Positions 36,317-41,418 of a stretch of DNA of 41,418 nt are shown here, in pieces. The notes under the pieces are model-generated. The model was given only the letters and a program-made list of their open reading frames with translations. It did no database searches and was not told the origin of the DNA. A program made the translations under genes and the position numbers. Within the stretch, counting starts at the first letter, position 1. Each line of letters opens with the position of its first letter. The stretch is from Octopus sinensis (Eukaryota), in NCBI RefSeq assembly GCF_006345805.1, contig NW_021835314.1, positions 1 through 41,418 of the forward strand, written 5' to 3'.

Positions 36317-39300
36317 CCACAATCCTTTGCAACTCCACAAGTTGGACCCTTCATTTCGTCCCCTTCCCGGACATTTAGGTCTGCAAGTTCCTTCTCAAGT
36401 CTTACTCCTTCGCCACTCGTTCGCCTTGTTTTTCTGCCGACTTCTTTCGACTCCTTCATCTCTTCCCCAATCAAACTCCCTCCCCTGTTGCTCTCTTTCA
36501 CCCCACTTTTTCCTTCGTTTTCTTTCCCTTTCGTCACTTCTTCGTCTGCTTTCAACCTCTTTCTTTCACCTTCATTCCTAACGCTATCACCACTCATTCT
36601 TCTTGTCTTCATTCCCGTCACATTCTTTAACTCATTCCCAACATTTTCAGGTGAATTTTCCTTCTGATTTTTTTCCGTTCTCACATTTCCTCCTTCAACT
36701 TTTGTATTCACCACATTTTGCCCTTCTTCCATCAATTTCTCTTTCCCTTTTCTCATTCCTTCCTCGCTCATTCTTCTAGTTTTCTTCCTTGAATCTTCTC
36801 TTAACATTTCCCCCTCTTTTTCATTCAAATTTTCCTTCCCATCATACTCTTTCTTCTTATTTCCTACATCACCCTCCATCAATTTCTTTCCTCCTTCATC
36901 ATTTCTCACTCCATTCTTACTCATTCGTCCAGTTTCCTTCCTTGAACCTTCGCTTAACATTTTTTCATTCAAATTTTCTTTCTCATCAACCTTGTTTTCC
37001 CTATTTTCTATATTACTCTCTTTCAACTTCTTTATCCCTTCTTCATCATTTCTCACTTCTTCCTCACTCATTCGTCTAGTTTCCTTCCTCGAATCTCCTC
37101 TCAACATTTTCCCCTCTGTTTCATTCAAATTTTCTTTCCCAACAAGCTTCTTTCCCTTACTTGCTACATCACTCTCTATCACCTTGCCATTTCCTTCATC
37201 ATTTCTCATTCCTTCCTCACTCATTCTTCTAGTTTCCTTCCCTAAAACTCCTCCCACCTTTTTCCTATCTTTTTCATTCAAATTTTCTTTTCCTTCATGC
37301 ACCTTTTCCTTCTTTTCTTCAACTTCTATCAATCTCTCATTCTCTTCTTTCCTCACTCCTTCTTTACTCATTTTTCTTGACTTATTCCCTAAACTTCCAC
37401 TCAACTCATTCCTTTCATTATCAATCAAATTCGTTTTCCTATCTCGATCCTTCATATTGCTTTTTCTTTCAGTCTCTTTCAGTCTGTTGTCCCCTTCTTT
37501 TCTATCCCCTTCTTCACTCATTCCTTTAATTTCACTCCCTAAAGCCAGTCTTATCTTCTTTCTATCATTTTCATTCGAATTTTCTTTCCTACCTTGCTCA
37601 TTCATCTTGCTCTCTCCTTCAATTACTTTCATTCCCTTTGTCCCTTCTGCTGTCAATCCCTTTATTCCTTCTTCCCCACTCATTCTTCTAGTTTTCCTTC
37701 CTGAAACTTCTTGTAATGTTTTCTCATCTTTTTCATTCAAAAATTCTCCATCTTGCTTCTTCATCTTCTTTTCTCCTTCAATCTCTTTCAGTTTCTTTGT
37801 TTCTTCTTCCTTCAATCTTTTTTGCTCTCTCTCTTTCCTCCCTCCTTCCTTCCCATCTTTTTCATTCAAAAATTCTCCATCTTGCTTCTTCATCTTCTTT
37901 TCTCCTTCAATCTCTTTCAGTTTCTTTGTTTCTTCTTCCTTCAATCTTTTTTGCTCTCTCTCTTTCCTCCCTCCTTCCTTCCCATCTTTTTCATTCAAAT
38001 TTTCATTCACACCTTGCTCTTTTCTCCTGTCTTGCATCACAGGCTCTGTCAATCTCTCCTTTTTCATTCCCTCTTCGCTCTTTCTTCTATTTCCTTCTGC
38101 TGAAGCTTCTCCGAACATTTTCCTATCTCTTTCACTCAAATTTTCTTTCTCCTTTTCCTTCATCATCCCATTCCTTACTTCAGTCTTCATCAAACTCTCC
38201 TTCACTTCCTTTTTTCTCACTACTTCCTCATTCATTTCTTTCACCTTCTTCCCAAAACCTTCATCTAACTCTCTCCTCTCATTCCCAATCAAACTTTCTT
38301 TCACATTACACTTTTTCCCCTTGCTTTCTCCTTCAGTCACCATCAATCTCTCCTTCTCCCCCTCTTTTCTCTCTCTATCTTCACCCATTTTTCTTGTCTT
38401 CTTCCCTAAATCTTCATTCAGCTCTCCTCTCTCATTCTCAGTCAAACTTTCTGTCACAACAGACTCTTTCATCCTATTTTCTCCTTCAAATTCATTCAGT
38501 TTTCCTTTCTCTTCCTCTTTTCTCATTCCATCCTTATTCAATTTTCTTGACTTCTTCCCAAAACCTTCATTCAGCTCCCCTCTTTCATTCTCAGTCAATT
38601 TTTTCTTCCAATTTTGCTCATTCGTCTCACAATTTCCTTCTTTTCCTGTTGATCTGCTTTCTCTCCTTTCCTTCCAAACAAAATCTTTCCCTTCCTTCCC
38701 CCTCCCACTTCTACTAACACTTTCTCCTTCTTCTCCCTTTCCTCCTACTTTTCCTTCTACAACCTCCCACTTCTTACTGCCTTTTACCTCCTCCCCATCC
38801 TTTCCTCCTACTTTTCCTTCTACAACCTCCCACTTCTTACTGCCTTTTACCTCCTCCCCATCCTTTCCTCCTACTTTTCCTTCTACAACCTCCCACTTCT
38901 TACTGCCTTTTACCTCCTCCCCATCCTTCAAACACCTCCAATTTCTCTTCTCCTCTAACTTCCCCTCCCTTGACCTCCTCTTATTTTCACCCTCCTCCTC
39001 CTTCTTCAGTATCATGCTCTCTCCCTCCACCTCCAACCTATTTACCGCTTCCCCCTTCAACTTTCCTCTTCCTTCCTCTCCCTCCCACTCCCTCCTATCA
39101 TTCTCCCCTTTCCCCAACTTCTTCACATCCTCCTCCTCCTCCCCATCCTCATTTTCCTTTCCATCCTCCCCCTCCTGCTTCTGCAACTTCCTCCTTCCTT
39201 CCTCTCCCCCCACTCCCGCACCCTCTACCTTCGACCTTCCTTTCCTTTCCTCCTCCTCCACCACCAACTCCTCCTCTCTCTCTCTGTCTCCTCCCCCTAC

Positions 39301-39430
39301 TGCCAATCCTACCGACACAGCACCTACACCCGGACTCCCACCTACATCTCCGACTCCATCCCTCTCGCCTAAAGCCTGATTCACCTGCGTTGCATCTCGT
39401 TGCACTGTCTTCACATATTTGCACCGAGGA
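36317..39430 (-). CDS. LRRIQ1: Exon 2, 3114-nt Glu/Lys/Gly-rich repeat exon
   Basis: Acceptor ctattgcag|T, donor GG|gtaagt; contains the 1033-aa ORF in frame; phase 2-2 fits both neighbours. Confidence 0.85.
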
Positions 39431-39477
39431 CTGCAATAGAATGCAACAGAATAAGTGTTAAGAAATAGAGAGAAATA

Positions 39478-39893
39478 GGCGCAGGAGTGGCTGTGTGCTA
39501 AGTAGCTTGCTTACCAACCACATGGTTCTGGGTTCAGTCCCACTGCGTGGCACCTTGGGCAAGTGTCTTCTGCTATAGCCTCGGGCCGACCAAAGCCTTA
39601 TGGGTGGATTTGGTAGACGGAAACTGAAAGAAGCCTGTCGTATATATGTATGTATATATATATGTATGTGTGTGTGTTTGTGTGTCTGTGTTTGTCCCCC
39701 TAGCATTGCTTGACAACCGATGCTGGTGTGTTTACGTTCCCGTCACTTAGCAGTTCGGCAAAGGAGACCGATAGAATAAGTACTGGGCTTACAAAGAATA
39801 AGTCCCGGGGTCGATTTGCTCAACTAAAGGCGGTGCTCCAGCATGGCCGCAGTCAAATGACTGAAACAAGTAAAAGAGTAAATGAGTAAAGAG
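39478..39893 (+). mobile_element. SINE family A, full copy
   Basis: Colinear with 10391-10856; tail (AAAGAGT)n. Confidence 0.85.
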
Positions 39894-40068
39894 AGTGTAT
39901 GGAGAGGCGTGACCGTGTGGTAAGATGCTAGCTTCCGAACCACAAGGTTCCAGGTTCAGTCCCACTGCATGGCACCTTGGACAAAAGTCTTCTTCTATAC
40001 CCTTGGTCTGACTAAACCCTTGTGAGTGGATTTGGTAGATAGAAACTGAAAGGAGCCCATCGTATATA

Positions 40069-40787
40069 TTTCTTTACTACCCACAAGGGGCTAAACATAG
40101 AGAAGACAAACAAGGACAGACAAAGGGATTAAGTCGATTATATCGACCCCAGTGCATAACTGGTATTTATTTAATCGACCCCGAAAAGGATTAAAGGCAA
40201 AGTCGACCTCGGCGGAATTTGAACTCAGAACTTAGCGGCAGACGAAATACCGATTTCTTTACTACCCAAAAGGGGCTAAACACAGAGGGGACAAACAAGG
40301 ACAGACAAAAGGATTAAGTCAATTACATCGACCCCAGTGCATAACTGGTACTTATTTAATCGACCCCGAAAGATAAATGGCAAAGTCGACTTCAGCAGAA
40401 TTTGAACTCAGAACATAACAGCAGACGAAATACCTATTTCTTTACTACCCACAAGAGGCTAAACACAGAGGGGACAAACAAGGACATACAAACGTTTTAA
40501 GTCGATTATATCGACCCCAGTGCGTAACTGGTACTTAATTTATCGACCCCGAAAGGATGAAAAGTAAAGTTGACCTCAGCGGAATTTGAACTCAGAACGT
40601 AAAGACAGACAAAATAACTATTTCTTTACTACCCACAAGGGGCTAAACAAGGACAGACAAATGGATTAAGTCGATTATCAACCTCAGTGCATAACTGGTA
40701 CTTAATTTATCGACCCCGAAAGGATGAAAGTCAAAGTCAACCTCAGCAGAATTTGAACTCAGAACATAACGGCAAATGAAATACAGC
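40069..40787 (-). repeat. Head-to-tail tetramer of a ~184-bp family C SINE segment
   Basis: tttctttactac at about 40069, 40254, 40437, 40621. Confidence 0.9.
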
Positions 40788-40822
40788 TACACTGAGCAGA
40801 ATCACAGTGATGGCAGATCTTA

Positions 40823-41260
40823 TATAGTTATTGTTGTTTAACCCCTGGTCTGCCTGGATCAGGCCTGACCAGGGGTTAAACAACAATAACTATAGCCACT
40901 AATACTAACTACTATGCTATACATTATATAATGTAGTCCTAGATACACTATGCCTGAATAAAAGATGGGATGGTCACATCTGGAACATCCTTGATTGTAG
41001 GTCAGTCTTGATCAGGCCTGACCTGGGGTTAAACAACAACTATAGCCTCTAATACTAACTACTATAATATACATTAGATAATGTAGTCCAAGATACACTA
41101 TGCCTGAATAAAAGATGGGATGGTCACGGCTGGAACATCTTTGATCATGGGTCTATCTGGATCAAGCCTGATCAAGGGTTAAACAACAATAACAACATCT
41201 ATAGCCACTAATACTAACTACTATACTATACATTAGATAATGTAGTCCTAGATACACTGT
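40823..41260. repeat. About 3 x 150-bp tandem repeat preceded by a 28-bp perfect inverted repeat
   Basis: gggttaaacaac at about 40873, 41026, 41176; arms 40823-40850 and 40867-40894. Confidence 0.85.
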
Positions 41261-41300
41261 GTCAACATGCTGAAACACATCAAAAGGACATGGTACTTAC

Positions 41301-41418
41301 CAGAATCTGCGATAGGCTCTTTGGATCTTGGTCGCTGCAGCCTCAAACTGCTCCCGCTTCGATGCCTCCAGTTGCTGTTTCAACTCCAACAGCTGAGCCG
41401 TGAGGTCGTCCAGTAATT
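41301..41418 (-). CDS. LRRIQ1: Exon 1 in window (runs off window edge), first IQ motif
   Basis: LLDDLTAQLLELKQQLEASKREQFEAAATKIQRAYRRF; donor TG|gtaagt, phase 2. Confidence 0.88.

Larger units (their letters stand above)
143..41418 (-). other. LRRIQ1: Multi-exon gene (5'-incomplete): leucine-rich repeat and IQ domain-containing protein 1-like; 21 exons, at least 2141 aa in window
   Basis: Manual splicing: all introns GT-AG and all phases chain without a stop (6426 coding nt incl. stop after 2 leading nt). Domain order IQ, charged region, LRRs, LRRCT, IQ, then motifs EEWGFQD..AKKMK and TYLWVHTQV match LRRIQ1 as I recall it (memory, not a search). Confidence 0.9.

Noticed and set aside
36992-39379. 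795-aa plus-strand ORF and other overlapping F/S/L-rich ORFs
   Set aside because: Antisense shadow of the purine-rich giant exon; no independent splice or domain evidence.

Overview
Eukaryotic, AT-rich, microsatellite-dense genomic DNA. It is most likely cephalopod (Octopus-like), judged from recalled SINE families rather than a search. The whole window is the 3' part of one minus-strand gene that I reconstructed by hand: 21 GT-AG exons (41418 to stop at 143-145), all splice phases consistent, giving at least 2141 aa. The protein has an IQ motif, a ~1040-aa Glu/Lys-rich repeat exon, a leucine-rich-repeat block with an LRRCT-like cap, a second IQ motif and a C-terminus typical of LRRIQ1. The introns hold several SINE families, SINE-derived tandem arrays, two non-autonomous Helitrons, Tx1-, CR1- and R4/Dong-type LINE relics and long microsatellites. 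The most interesting unexplained signal is a set of small non-coding inserts with hammerhead-ribozyme (HHR) motifs. The best is a 540-bp unit plus a 61-bp terminal direct repeat (a 1.1-mer) inside a (TA)n tract, with a type I HHR and an extended stem II (28799-29399), resembling a retrozyme or Penelope-derived element. There is also a 209-bp minimal-HHR insert with a 12-bp TSD (2230-2462) and a half-HHR perfect hairpin (9789-9977). A Tx1-type LINE appears to have inserted twice into the same (GATA)n tract. No prokaryotic systems or CRISPR arrays are present. Repeat boundaries are approximate; exon boundaries were read to the base.
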